Virus record (IMG/VR): IMGVR_UViG_2917752670_000006
Span: 1,765 to 65,764 of that record
Origin: a virus
Taxonomy: Duplodnaviria; Caudoviricetes
Length of the DNA stretch: 64,000 nucleotides
Strand: one strand, 5' to 3'
Under the pieces are notes generated by a model. It was given only the letters and a program-made list of their open reading frames with translations, ran no database searches and was not told where the DNA came from. The position numbers were made by a program, and so were the translations under genes. Positions 10,328 through 19,062 of this stretch are shown one piece after another (within the stretch, counting starts at the first letter, position 1; each line of letters opens with the position of its first letter).

Positions 10328-12976
10328 TTATGCGGGGATCAGGCTGGCGGCGCGTGCGCGGCCTGCGATCGCCCGATCCATCAGGGGCGCCAGGCGCCCC
10401 ACCAACGTGCCGTCGGACAGGCGCACCTGGATATCGAGCCGGTCGATGACCGCTCTCGCAGCCTGGGTGGCGATAGCCTCAACATCCACACCAGCCATAG
10501 AGCCAGAACCGGTAAGCCCACCGACAGACGCTGATGCGGAGGTTCCATTGGGTGTTACGGCAACGGGGATGTTCACCCCACTGGCAAGGCCAGCCAGGGT
10601 GTCGGTGACGTCTCCTGCCATGGCCTGGGCTGCATCCACCGCACGCGCCCCGGTAGCAGTGATCCCTCCGGCGAGGCCGCAGGTGAGCATGTCACCCACC
10701 CAGGCCATCTGCTTTGAGGGTGAGTGGATCCCGAAGTAGTCGGTGATCCCATCCCAAATCGAGGCACACCAGGAGGCGACCTTGTTCCACAACCAACCAG
10801 CCAGGGACTGGATACCGTTCCATAGGCCGCGCACCAGGTTCATCCCCACGTCCGCGAGCTGCCCGTAACCTGAGGCCAGGCCGCCCACGATCGCAGAAAT
10901 AATCTGCGGCAGAGCCCCCACGATCGTGCCAATAATCTGCGGCAGCGCCGTGATCAGTGAGGTCAGCAGGCGGATACCAGCTTGGACCAGCTGTGGCAGT
11001 GCTGCCAGCAGGGCGGCTATGACGGCGGCGATGATGGTTGGCATCGCGGCCACCAGGGTCTGAATAATCTGCGGCAGGGCCCCGATCAGGGCTGTGAGAA
11101 GCCGGATGCCGGCATCGATCAACTGCGGAATCGCAGTCAAGATCCCGGTCACGATGCTGGTGATGATCTGCGGCAGGGCCGCCACAATGGCCTCAATGAT
11201 CGTCGGCAACGCCGTCACAATCGAAGTGAGCAGTTGGAGGCCGGCATCAATGATCATGGGGATCGCAGCAATGATGAAGTCCACCAGCGCCTGAATAATC
11301 GCCAGTAGTGCCTCAATGAGCACCGGCAGGGCTTGGATCAACCCCTGGGCCAAGCCCATGATCAGCTGCAAGGCTGCGGCAAGGATCATCGGCAGGTTGT
11401 CTGCCAACACCTGCACCATCGCGGCAAGGACCTCGGCCATCCCGACCAGCAGACTGGGAAGTCCCTGTCCGATACCGTCGATGAAGGCGGTGAGAATCTG
11501 TACCCCGACCTCAAGCAGGCCAGGAAGCAAGTTCAAGATCCCACCGATCACGGTGGTGACCATCGTGGAGGCCAAGGTGGCGATACTCGGCCCCATGGTG
11601 GACAGGGACTGGACGATGGTGTCCAAGGTTTTGAGCAGTTCCACCCCGATCTTGGGAACCTCTGTGACGAGGAACTGGGTGGCTTGCTCCACCACCGTGC
11701 CCAGGGCCTGGAGTAGGCCAGCCACCCCGCCTGTCTCGAAACCAGTCGTGAGGGCATCGACCCAGGAGTTCACCGCCGGCAGCGCCGTGGAGGCCAACAT
11801 GGATGACAGGCCCCCAGCCAGCGCGCCTTTAAGTCCTGCCATCCCGTCTTGCAGGGTCGAAACCTGCCCGGAGAAGGTCTTGGACTGGGCTTCCATCGCC
11901 CCATAAAACTGGCCACCCTCCGCCGTCGCCGAGGCGAAGGCGTCAGCGACCATGTCGGCGCTGATCGCGCCTTTTTCCATCTCCTCTTTGAGCTCACCGA
12001 CACTCTTACCGGTCTTCTTGGACATCTCCTGCAGGGGGTTGAACCCGGCGTTGATCATCTGCAACAGATCCTGCCCAGAGAGCTTGCCCGCAGAAGACAC
12101 CTGTGCGAAGGCGAGCGTGAGGGATTCGAGTTTTTGCGCATCCCCCTGGGAGATATCACCCAGCTGTCCTAGGCGTAGCTTCGCCTCATCCGCACTCATG
12201 CCGAACGCCATGAGGGTTTGGGTGTTTTTGGCCAGATCCTCCATCCCAAACGGAGTCTTCGCGGCCGTGACTTTCAGGTCGTTGACCAACTGCTGGGCCT
12301 TAGCCTGATCTCCCAGCATCGTGGTAAAGCTCGTGGTGTACTGCTCCATCGAGGCGTTGTAGGCAACACCGTCCTTCATCGCCTGGGCAAACCCGCGACC
12401 AATACCCGCGATCGCCCCGCCAATAGCCTTGACCCCGCCGATGATCGCCTCAGCAGCAAGGTTTGCTTTCAGGACATCACCGAAGATGCCGGTCTTACCC
12501 GCGGTGTCGTCGAGCTCGCCGCCGAGTTCGTCGACCTCGCGGGAGAGCTTGTCCGCCCCGGATGCCGCGTCCTTGAGCTCGCCCTCCGAGCTGCCTGCCG
12601 CGGTGGTGAGCTCGTCGATCTTGGCGGTGTTCTCACCGAGTTCGCGCTCCATGTCGTTAAGCGTGGCGGTGGCGTTGTTGAGCTGGATGCGCCAGTTCTG
12701 GGTGCGCGAATCCGACTGGCCGAAGGAGGCTGAGGCGTTGTCCAGTGCGGCCTTGAGTGCCTGGATCTTGGAGCGTTGGGCTTCGTTCTCTTTGCCGAGC
12801 ACCTGGTTGCGGGCGGTCAGGGCGTCAGCGTCGGTGGCGTTCTTACCGAACTGGGAGGCCACCACCTTCATCTCGGAGCCAAGCACCCGCATCTCACGGT
12901 TGATGTCCGCGATCGCCTTCTTGAACTCCCACTCACCCTCCAGGCCGATCTTGAGACCAAAAGTGCTATCAGCCAT
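10328..12976 (-). CDS. Tail tape measure protein
   Basis: FGLKIGLEGE N-terminus, AAKTPF tape-measure motif, LPQII repeats, FGIHSPS. Confidence 0.93.
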   Translation of the reverse strand: MADSTFGLKIGLEGEWEFKKAIADINREMRVLGSEMKVVASQFGKNATDADALTARNQVLGKENEAQRSKIQALKAALDNASASFGQSDSRTQNWRIQLNNATATLNDMERELGENTAKIDELTTAAGSSEGELKDAASGADKLSREVDELGGELDDTAGKTGIFGDVLKANLAAEAIIGGVKAIGGAIAGIGRGFAQAMKDGVAYNASMEQYTTSFTTMLGDQAKAQQLVNDLKVTAAKTPFGMEDLAKNTQTLMAFGMSADEAKLRLGQLGDISQGDAQKLESLTLAFAQVSSAGKLSGQDLLQMINAGFNPLQEMSKKTGKSVGELKEEMEKGAISADMVADAFASATAEGGQFYGAMEAQSKTFSGQVSTLQDGMAGLKGALAGGLSSMLASTALPAVNSWVDALTTGFETGGVAGLLQALGTVVEQATQFLVTEVPKIGVELLKTLDTIVQSLSTMGPSIATLASTMVTTVIGGILNLLPGLLEVGVQILTAFIDGIGQGLPSLLVGMAEVLAAMVQVLADNLPMILAAALQLIMGLAQGLIQALPVLIEALLAIIQALVDFIIAAIPMIIDAGLQLLTSIVTALPTIIEAIVAALPQIITSIVTGILTAIPQLIDAGIRLLTALIGALPQIIQTLVAAMPTIIAAVIAALLAALPQLVQAGIRLLTSLITALPQIIGTIVGALPQIISAIVGGLASGYGQLADVGMNLVRGLWNGIQSLAGWLWNKVASWCASIWDGITDYFGIHSPSKQMAWVGDMLTCGLAGGITATGARAVDAAQAMAGDVTDTLAGLASGVNIPVAVTPNGTSASASVGGLTGSGSMAGVDVEAIATQAARAVIDRLDIQVRLSDGTLVGRLAPLMDRAIAGRARAASLIPA

Positions 12977-13000
12977 GCGTGTGCCTTTCTGGGGATACGG

Positions 13001-13030
13001 AAAAGCCCCATCACATCCTGTGATGGGGGC
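13001..13030 (-). terminator. Intrinsic terminator closing the Abi moron
   Basis: CCCCATCAC/GTGATGGGG stem followed by TTTT on the minus strand. Confidence 0.7.
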
Positions 13031-13124
13031 AGTGATCAGTTGGGGATCTGTTGCGGCGAGCGATTCGCTGTCTAGCGTCAGAGCATGGGTTAGGAGGCAG
13101 TCTGGGTGTGTAGCGCCAGGTTTT

Positions 13125-13191
13125 TGCTAGAGTGGTGGCAATCGTTCAGCCCGCCTCAGCCCTTGTGCTGGGAGTGGGCTGGATCTTTATT
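13125..13191 (+). ncRNA. Candidate small RNA unit 1 (extended -10, bulged hairpin, U-rich tail)
   Basis: TG-C-TAGAGT at 13125-13133; stem TTCAGCCCGC-CTCAGC / GCTGGG-A-GTGGGCTGGA at 13145-13183 with G-U pairs on the + strand; then TCTTTATT. Confidence 0.45.
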
Positions 13192-13292
13192 CGCACCCAG
13201 AAGGAGAGGGATACTTTGCCCGCTCAAACCGGGCTACAGGTCGGCGGACAAAGGTGCTGAGGCACTCAGATGTCGAGCGGTCCAAGGTCCTC

Positions 13293-13382
13293 TAGGCTCC
13301 CGTTGCAGCTACGTACTAAACTGGTCTTACCAGTACCGGCTCGCCACGTCTTCGGATGTGGTCAGAGCCGGTCGTCATTTTT
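13293..13382 (+). ncRNA. Candidate small RNA unit 2 (promoter, UUCG hairpin, U5)
   Basis: TAGGCT-N18-TAAACT; ACCGGCTC-GCCACGTC-TTCG-GATGTGGT-CA-GAGCCGGT at 13335-13372; then TTTTT. Confidence 0.55.
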
Positions 13383-13405
13383 GTCTGGCTCGTGGCAATG
13401 TCGCC

Positions 13406-13496
13406 TGGATGTGTGTGGCGATCGTTGGGTATTATCGATACCAACACGACCGGTTCCGCTGCCCATCCTGATGGGAGTCCAGGGCCGGCCCCTTTT
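13406..13496 (+). ncRNA. Candidate small RNA unit 3 (paralogous to unit 2)
   Basis: TGGATG-N18-TATTAT; CCGGTTC..CCCAT-CCTG-ATGGG..CAGGGCCGG; then TTTT. Confidence 0.5.
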
Positions 13497-13536
13497 GCTA
13501 ATGCAACCCGATCCATCAAAACTAGGCTGATCGGGC

Positions 13537-14184
13537 CTATTTCGTGATCTGCATATTTTCTTCCAGCCAAGCTCGAGCATTCGGATCAATCCACTCCATC
13601 AGCAGGCGTGCGCGGCGAAAATCAGCGTCAAGATCGCGACGAAACACAGGTTCGAGATGGGCTGCCCGATTACGAATGAAAGTCATGCCATGCATCGCTT
13701 TAGCTACCTGCTGTTGACGCTTCAATGCGTCTTTATCGCCATGAGGAAAAGCGTGCTGAATTGCAGGCATCCACAGCGTGGTCAAGTAACGCTTTGTAGT
13801 AAGGAAGCGCCAGAACCCGAAAGAAAGCTCAGCCACGAGATGAGGATGATCAACACGGTTACCTGAACGACGCACTCGCTGCCGTGCAATGCGAATGTCA
13901 TCTTGCGCTTTCGCGTCCAACACAGGAAGGTCGAACCAGTCATTGACGTGTCCGGTATGAGCTACATAGCCCGTCAGTGCACGGTCTATGGCATTGCGTG
14001 ACACTACCTCTACCATTGCGGTAATTGCCTGAATAGAGGAAGCAATATCGATATTTCGCCGATACAGTGTGAAGGCATCCTCAATGTCTCCGCTACAGGC
14101 GTCAAGGTAGGTGGATATGCGCTCAGGGGTGATGAGACGCATCATGACCTGGGGGTCCCAGCCGCGTGCTCCCGTACTAGGCAT
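13537..14184 (-). CDS. Abi-like (Abi_2/AbiF-AbiD superfamily) HEPN protein, moron
   Basis: ERISTY, LY.RN, EV..RN, LVAELSFGFW, HEPN RxxxxH motif RNRAAH; AGGAAGG RBS; lower GC. Confidence 0.85.
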   Translation of the reverse strand: MPSTGARGWDPQVMMRLITPERISTYLDACSGDIEDAFTLYRRNIDIASSIQAITAMVEVVSRNAIDRALTGYVAHTGHVNDWFDLPVLDAKAQDDIRIARQRVRRSGNRVDHPHLVAELSFGFWRFLTTKRYLTTLWMPAIQHAFPHGDKDALKRQQQVAKAMHGMTFIRNRAAHLEPVFRRDLDADFRRARLLMEWIDPNARAWLEENMQITK

Positions 14185-14315
14185 AAACTACCTTCCTGTG
14201 CTAGTATGGCTCGCGAAGACCCCGGAACGATCACCAGCTTCGGCTGCATCGCCGGGGTTACGCCTTTTCTCAGGCCTTCCAGCTGGTAGTACCTGCACGG
14301 CAGGTGCTGCCAGAT
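14178..14315 (+). ncRNA. Candidate small RNA unit 4, divergent from the Abi-like gene (possible cognate antitoxin)
   Basis: TAGGCA-N18-TAGTAT with TG extension; GACCCCGG..CGAT..CAGC-TTCG-GCTG..ATCG-CCGGGGTT; CCTTTTCT; second G-U-containing hairpin at 14284-14312. Confidence 0.6.
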
Positions 14316-14362
14316 AGTGTTCTACCGAGGTTTTTCCTATTCTACCCCGCCCTTGGTTTGGC

Positions 14363-14973
14363 TTAGATCCCTGTGGGGATAACCGCATCAATCGTCACCT
14401 GCGCGTTGGTGCGGCTGGGTTGTTCGTGTTGCCAGTGGCATTCGACCAGGTCCAGCAGTACGCCTAGTGGGAGCAGTGCGCTCTGCCAGCGGTCCAGGTG
14501 CAGGTAGCGGTGGGCCAGATAGGTCAGTCTCGTGAGGGTTTCGGCCCATCCACTGCCTGTGGGTGTGCTGGTTAGGCTTTTGGGGAGGTAACCTCACGGC
14601 GCATTCCCGCCTCCAGGGCAGCGGTGATCGCGTCCTTGTAGTCAGCAAGCTCCCCGGGAACGGTGAGCAGCTCAATGGCCTCCGCGGTGATCTCGTCGTG
14701 CGGGTCGTGCGGGTGGGTGAGGTTGTGGATCAACACGGACTGGTTGGCCAGCAGGGCGATCAACCAGCAGATTTCACCGATCTGCTCACCCACATCACTA
14801 GAGGCTTCGAGCTTGTCGACAAGCTGCTCAAGCCCCCCGTAGCGGGAAGCGATCTCTCGGGTGGCGCGGGTGGTCAGCACCAGCTCCAGGTCTCGCCCAC
14901 CCAGGCGGATGAACGCGGAGTGTCCCGGACCTTCGGGCAGCACGCTGGTGGGGGTCTTCTTCTTGGGTGCCAT
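14363..14973 (-). CDS. Tail assembly chaperone G (14572..14973) and G-T fusion via -1 frameshift at CCCAAAA
   Basis: LVLTTRATREIASRYGGLE; slippery C CCA AAA at 14578-14584; -1 frame reads ..LTRLTYLAH..PLGVLLDLVECH..IDAVIPTGI*. Confidence 0.8.
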
Positions 14974-14984
14974 GCGTGTCCTCC

Positions 14985-15587
14985 TTAGTTGCTAGTGCCC
15001 GCGGTGGTTGTGGTGTAGGCCGGTTCGTACACGGCCTTGAACCAGGCGTCGGTGATGGACTTGGCGGCCTCGCCTTCGGTGGTTTCCACCTTCCACGGGT
15101 GCTTGCCTGAGGTGTCGGGCTTAGTGCGGTGCAGGATCGTGCCCTCGATCTCGGGGGTGGAGAATTCAATCGAGTCGCCCTTGGTGGCAAGGGATGCGGT
15201 GGGGACGGCGAAGCGGACCTTGCAGAGCCAGAAGTAGCGGTAGGTGCCACCCGCTTTGCGGGCACGGAACCCGATCGCCACTGGCGCCCCACCATCCTCG
15301 GATGTGGAGACCAGTACCTTGTTCTTATCCACGACCGCGCCAACCAGGTCTGCTGCAACCTCGACACTAATGTCATCCACACCCAGGGTGAGGGTGTCGG
15401 ATTTGAATTCCTTGACGACCTCGGCCGGTCCGTCGTCGGCATACAGGATCGCTTCAGCGACTTCGATGGACACCTCCGCGCTGATTGCCTTGGCCAGATG
15501 CTTGGGTGTGCCGTAGGTTTCCTCTCCGGTGGTGGGGTTTTCCGTGATGGTCGCGTAGAAAAGACTGTCGAGTCCGATGGTTGCCAT
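14985..15587 (-). CDS. Major tail protein (phi13 family)
   Basis: MATIGLDSLFYA, LYADDG, VAIGFRA, TKGDSIEFSTP. Confidence 0.92.
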   Translation of the reverse strand: MATIGLDSLFYATITENPTTGEETYGTPKHLAKAISAEVSIEVAEAILYADDGPAEVVKEFKSDTLTLGVDDISVEVAADLVGAVVDKNKVLVSTSEDGGAPVAIGFRARKAGGTYRYFWLCKVRFAVPTASLATKGDSIEFSTPEIEGTILHRTKPDTSGKHPWKVETTEGEAAKSITDAWFKAVYEPAYTTTTAGTSN

Positions 15588-15602
15588 GATCGGTTCCTTT
15601 CG

Positions 15603-15947
15603 TTAGAGCATGTGGTGGGTTTGGGTGTCGATGGCGTAGTGGTGGTAGCCGGTCTCGTCCTCGAACCCGATGTAGGAACGGACTGTGATCGTGACACCAG
15701 CGGCCAGTAGCGCGGCGGTGAGCTGGCCGCGCAGCGGCAGGTAGTCGCCCCGCACATACACGGAAAGTCGTGCTTCTTCGACCTGGGCCCCTGGGGTGTT
15801 ACCCCCGTACAGAGCCAGGGTGTCGACTAGTGGGGTGAGCACCACGAACGCTTCCGGCAGCGGGGTCTCGGTAAACAGCGCTACCCGCACCGGAAGGCCG
15901 AGCTTCTCGCAGGTGGTGGTGAGGTGTTCAAGCAGCGGGATGCTCAT
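15603..15947 (-). CDS. Tail terminator/completion protein
   Basis: Position; EEARLS..YIGFEDETGYHHYAID. Confidence 0.75.
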   Translation of the reverse strand: MSIPLLEHLTTTCEKLGLPVRVALFTETPLPEAFVVLTPLVDTLALYGGNTPGAQVEEARLSVYVRGDYLPLRGQLTAALLAAGVTITVRSYIGFEDETGYHHYAIDTQTHHML

Positions 15948-16351
15948 GTGTGGCCTTTCGGTAGGCGCTCGGCCAACACTCGTTTCATGGCCTCCAGGGC
16001 TGGGGTGCGGGTGGTGCGGCGGGTGCGGGTGAGAAACGGGCGGGCCGGTTGGCGGGTGGAGCCATATTCGAGGATGGTCGCGATCTTCGCGTTCGAACCC
16101 CCGTCCTGGCGGGGCTCATCGAAGCCGACTTTCACGTTGTGGTTTCCTGCCCGATCCGTCTTCACCGGAGTCACACCAAGAGCTGCGACGAGCTGGCCGG
16201 TGGAGTACTGACCGGTGATGGATGAGGCAAGGTTTGCTCGCATGACTGGCTCCACCACGCTAGCCCCGGCTTTGAGCGCTGCCTCAGCGTGATCGTCCAG
16301 GCGGGTCCCGGCAGCGGTGAGCTCATCGAGCACAGCATTGGGAATTTTCAC
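15944..16351 (-). CDS. HK97-gp10 family tail/neck component
   Basis: STGQL..LG..VKVGF..ILEYG..QPARPFL. Confidence 0.85.
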   Translation of the reverse strand: MKIPNAVLDELTAAGTRLDDHAEAALKAGASVVEPVMRANLASSITGQYSTGQLVAALGVTPVKTDRAGNHNVKVGFDEPRQDGGSNAKIATILEYGSTRQPARPFLTRTRRTTRTPALEAMKRVLAERLPKGHT

Positions 16352-16697
16352 GGTACCCGCCTCCCTTCTCTGGGTTTCCTTCTGGGGTGTGTTGGTGTGC
16401 TTCGATCACGGTGTAGCGGCCTACCTGTTCAACCGTGTCGATCACCCAGCGTCCGTTGGGGGCGGCGATCACCATGGACTCATCCACCTTGATTCCGGGG
16501 TGGGTGCGGATGCGGAAGATCGCGGTCGCTTTCGTATAGGCGGCACGGTTGACCCACGCGCTAGAGGCGTGGCGGTGCTCAACCTCGGCGCGCACTGTGG
16601 CCAGGACCTGCTCGGCCACTGTGTCGAAGCCCGCGCTATCCCTGGTGTGGCTCAGGGCAATGATGTCGATGACATGCCGCATCTGTCCCAAACCCAT
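16323..16697 (-). CDS. Head-tail adaptor (head closure) protein
   Basis: LGQMRH..VRA.VE.RH..WVNRA..ATAIFRIR; GAGG RBS. Confidence 0.8.
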   Translation of the reverse strand: MGLGQMRHVIDIIALSHTRDSAGFDTVAEQVLATVRAEVEHRHASSAWVNRAAYTKATAIFRIRTHPGIKVDESMVIAAPNGRWVIDTVEQVGRYTVIEAHQHTPEGNPEKGGGYRENSQCCAR

Positions 16698-16713
16698 CAG
16701 GTCCACCTCATCT

Positions 16714-17031
16714 CTAGATTCTCCATTCGCGGTCCATGACGAGCAGACGGTGGATCGCTTCCCAGGCGGCGCGGGCGGCGTCGGTTTTGTCTGCCCAGAA
16801 CCCGCCGGTTGCTCCGTCGCGTGCCTCGTACAGGTGGGTTGCCAGCATGACCACACCCTGGGTGGTGGCGCTACTCATCTCGTGGGTGGCGTAGTAGCCG
16901 TCGGGCAGGTGCTGGAAGGAAGCGGCGTAGGAGGTGGCGGCCTCCACCAGGTGTGCGATCAGCTCATCATCGGCCTCGAAGTCGATGAGCAGATTGGTCT
17001 TCACCAGGGCGGTGAGTTCTCCTGTGGACAT
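16714..17031 (-). CDS. Head-tail connector (gp6-like)
   Basis: VKTNLLI..DDELI..TTQGVVMLATHLYEARDG; GGAGG RBS. Confidence 0.85.
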   Translation of the reverse strand: MSTGELTALVKTNLLIDFEADDELIAHLVEAATSYAASFQHLPDGYYATHEMSSATTQGVVMLATHLYEARDGATGGFWADKTDAARAAWEAIHRLLVMDREWRI

Positions 17032-17060
17032 TCGCCACCTCTTTTCTCGCTTGCTGGGGT

Positions 17061-18271
17061 TTAGGCGCTGGCCTTCTGGGGGGGAGGACCTGAACGGCCT
17101 CGGGGACGATGAGCTTGCCGTCCATGCGCTGGGAGGCGAGGAACCCGACCTGCCCGGTGGTGGCGAACAGCTCGTTGAGGCGCTTGAAGGAGCGGCCCAC
17201 GCGGTCTGCGATCCAGTAGTAGGACAGGTCGCCGAAGGCGACGGTGCGGGCCCCGGCCTTGATTTCAGGCACAAAGGTCGAGGTGTGCACAGGGCGGCCC
17301 AGGATCGTGTCCGGATCCCCTGCGGTCAGGGCCGGCTGCCACAGGTACTGGCCGGTGGTGTCCTTGAGCTTGCGCACGGTCTTGACGGTGGCGTCGTTCA
17401 TCAGCCACACCGCGTTCTTGCGGTACGGGGCCCGCAGCGCGTAGTGCAGGTCGATGAGCTCATCCGCCGTAATGTCGGTGGCCTTCGCGGTGGTGACGCT
17501 GGACTGTGCGCCAGAAGTGGCGTGGAAGACACCGGTGGGCTTACCTGAGCCGTCACCGTTGATGAAGGCTTCCTCTTCGGCAGCGCCCATGCGGTGAGCA
17601 AACTCGGAGGCAAGGTAGGCCTCGATGTCGAAAGCGGAGTCGTTGAGCAGTTCTTCGGAGACCTTGAGGAAGGCGCCGAGCTTGAACGCGGAGAGGGTGA
17701 CCTGGTTGAAGGTGTCATCGGACTCGGTGTACGGCTTGCCCTCATCCAGCCAGGCGGCAGACCCGTGGGTGGCGACCACCGGGATCTTGCGGTCCCCGCT
17801 GGTGGTGGTGATGACCTTGGCCAGGGTGCGCATGATGTTCTGGTCGGCCAGGGTGTCGACCAGGGTGCGTTCGAACTCGTCAGGCACCAGGTAGCCGCCC
17901 TCCGTGTCCGTGCCGACGCTCAGGGCGTTGCGGACCTCTGCCGGGCTGTGGTTCAGGCGCATCGCGTCCCAAAACGCCCGCTTATAGGTGGCAGATGCAC
18001 GACCTTGAGGTTCCTCGTCGTCGGTGTGGAATACGGCGGTGTTCATGTCGGGACGGGCGGTCAGCGGTGGGTGGGTTGCGCGGGCGAGCTGGGCGTCGAG
18101 GGTGGCGGCGCGCTCGTTGCGGGCGATCTCACCCTCCATACGGGCGTACTGAGCATCGTCCTCGGCGGAGAGGCATCCGGTCTCAGCATCGCGGCGCTCA
18201 TCGAGGAATGCCTTCGCGGCCTCCCAGGCCTTGGCGCGGCGGGCGTAGAGGTCAGTGGTGGTCATGGTCAT
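17061..18271 (-). CDS. HK97-fold major capsid protein; C-terminal frameshift in a C7 run near 17080 (reads through to 16967 as given)
   Basis: GTDTEGGYLVPDEFE, SEELLNDS, GDGSGKPTG, YLWQP, FGDLSYYWIADR. Confidence 0.93.
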
Positions 18272-18291
18272 GATCAGTGCCCTTTCACGAT

Positions 18292-19062
18292 CTAGTGGGG
18301 TTGGTCTGCCAGGGCGGCGTACAGGTCGGTAATCCGCCGACCTCGACGTTCAGGTACAGCGGGTTGGTGGTGGTTGATCTTGTTCACCAACGCGGCGGTG
18401 GTTGCTGCGGCGCTAAAGGTGAACCCCGCACCCAGGTTGTCGGGTACGGGGTCAGGGGCTGCAGGCTGGGCGGGGCCGGGCGGCGTAAACGCGTGGCCTG
18501 GCTGCTCTGGCTGGTAGAGGCCGTCAGCAAAACCGAGATTGATGGCGGCTTTCGCGTCCATCCAGGTTTCCTCATCCATCAGCCGGGCACGCTTGGCCCT
18601 CTGCATGCCGGTGCGTAGCTCGTAGGCGTTGATGATGGATTCCTTGACCGCGCCGAGCATCTCCACCGCGCGTGATAGTTCAGCGGCGTCTCCGGTGGCC
18701 AGGGTGGCGGGATTGTGGATCATCATCATCCCCACCGGGGAGATCAGCACCTCGGTACCAGCCATCGCAATCACCGATGCTGCTAGGGCGTCGATGATCA
18801 CGGTGACCGGATACGGGTAGTCCATGAGCATCGTGTAAATCTCGGCCGCCGCCACGCAATCCCCGCCAGGGCTGTTGATCCACACCTGGATGGGCCCGGA
18901 ACCGGCCTCCAACTCGCTCCTAAAGATGCCGGGGGTGACGTCGTCGTCGAACCAGGAGTCGGCTGCGATGACGCCGCCGATACGCAAAACCCGGTGGGCA
19001 TCATGCTCACCGGGCGGATCGGCTGGGGGCTGCTCCCAGTTCCAAAAACGGTTAACCGTCAT
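18292..19062 (-). CDS. ClpP-type prohead protease; apparent 3-aa deletion at the AASAAS motif
   Basis: WINSPGGD, LAASVIAMAG, MMIHNP, ETWM, GFAD. Confidence 0.85.
   Translation of the reverse strand: MTVNRFWNWEQPPADPPGEHDAHRVLRIGGVIAADSWFDDDVTPGIFRSELEAGSGPIQVWINSPGGDCVAAAEIYTMLMDYPYPVTVIIDALAASVIAMAGTEVLISPVGMMMIHNPATLATGDAAELSRAVEMLGAVKESIINAYELRTGMQRAKRARLMDEETWMDAKAAINLGFADGLYQPEQPGHAFTPPGPAQPAAPDPVPDNLGAGFTFSAAATTAALVNKINHHQPAVPERRGRRITDLYAALADQPH

Noticed and set aside
13214-13253. Additional hairpin between RNA units 1 and 2
   Set aside because: Pairs better on the minus strand and lacks a clear promoter or U-tract; not counted as a unit
13106-13471. ORF containing VGYYR as a relic Abi gene
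   Set aside because: Five-residue match only; it coincides with the TATTAT promoter box and the frame has no RBS or other Abi motifs
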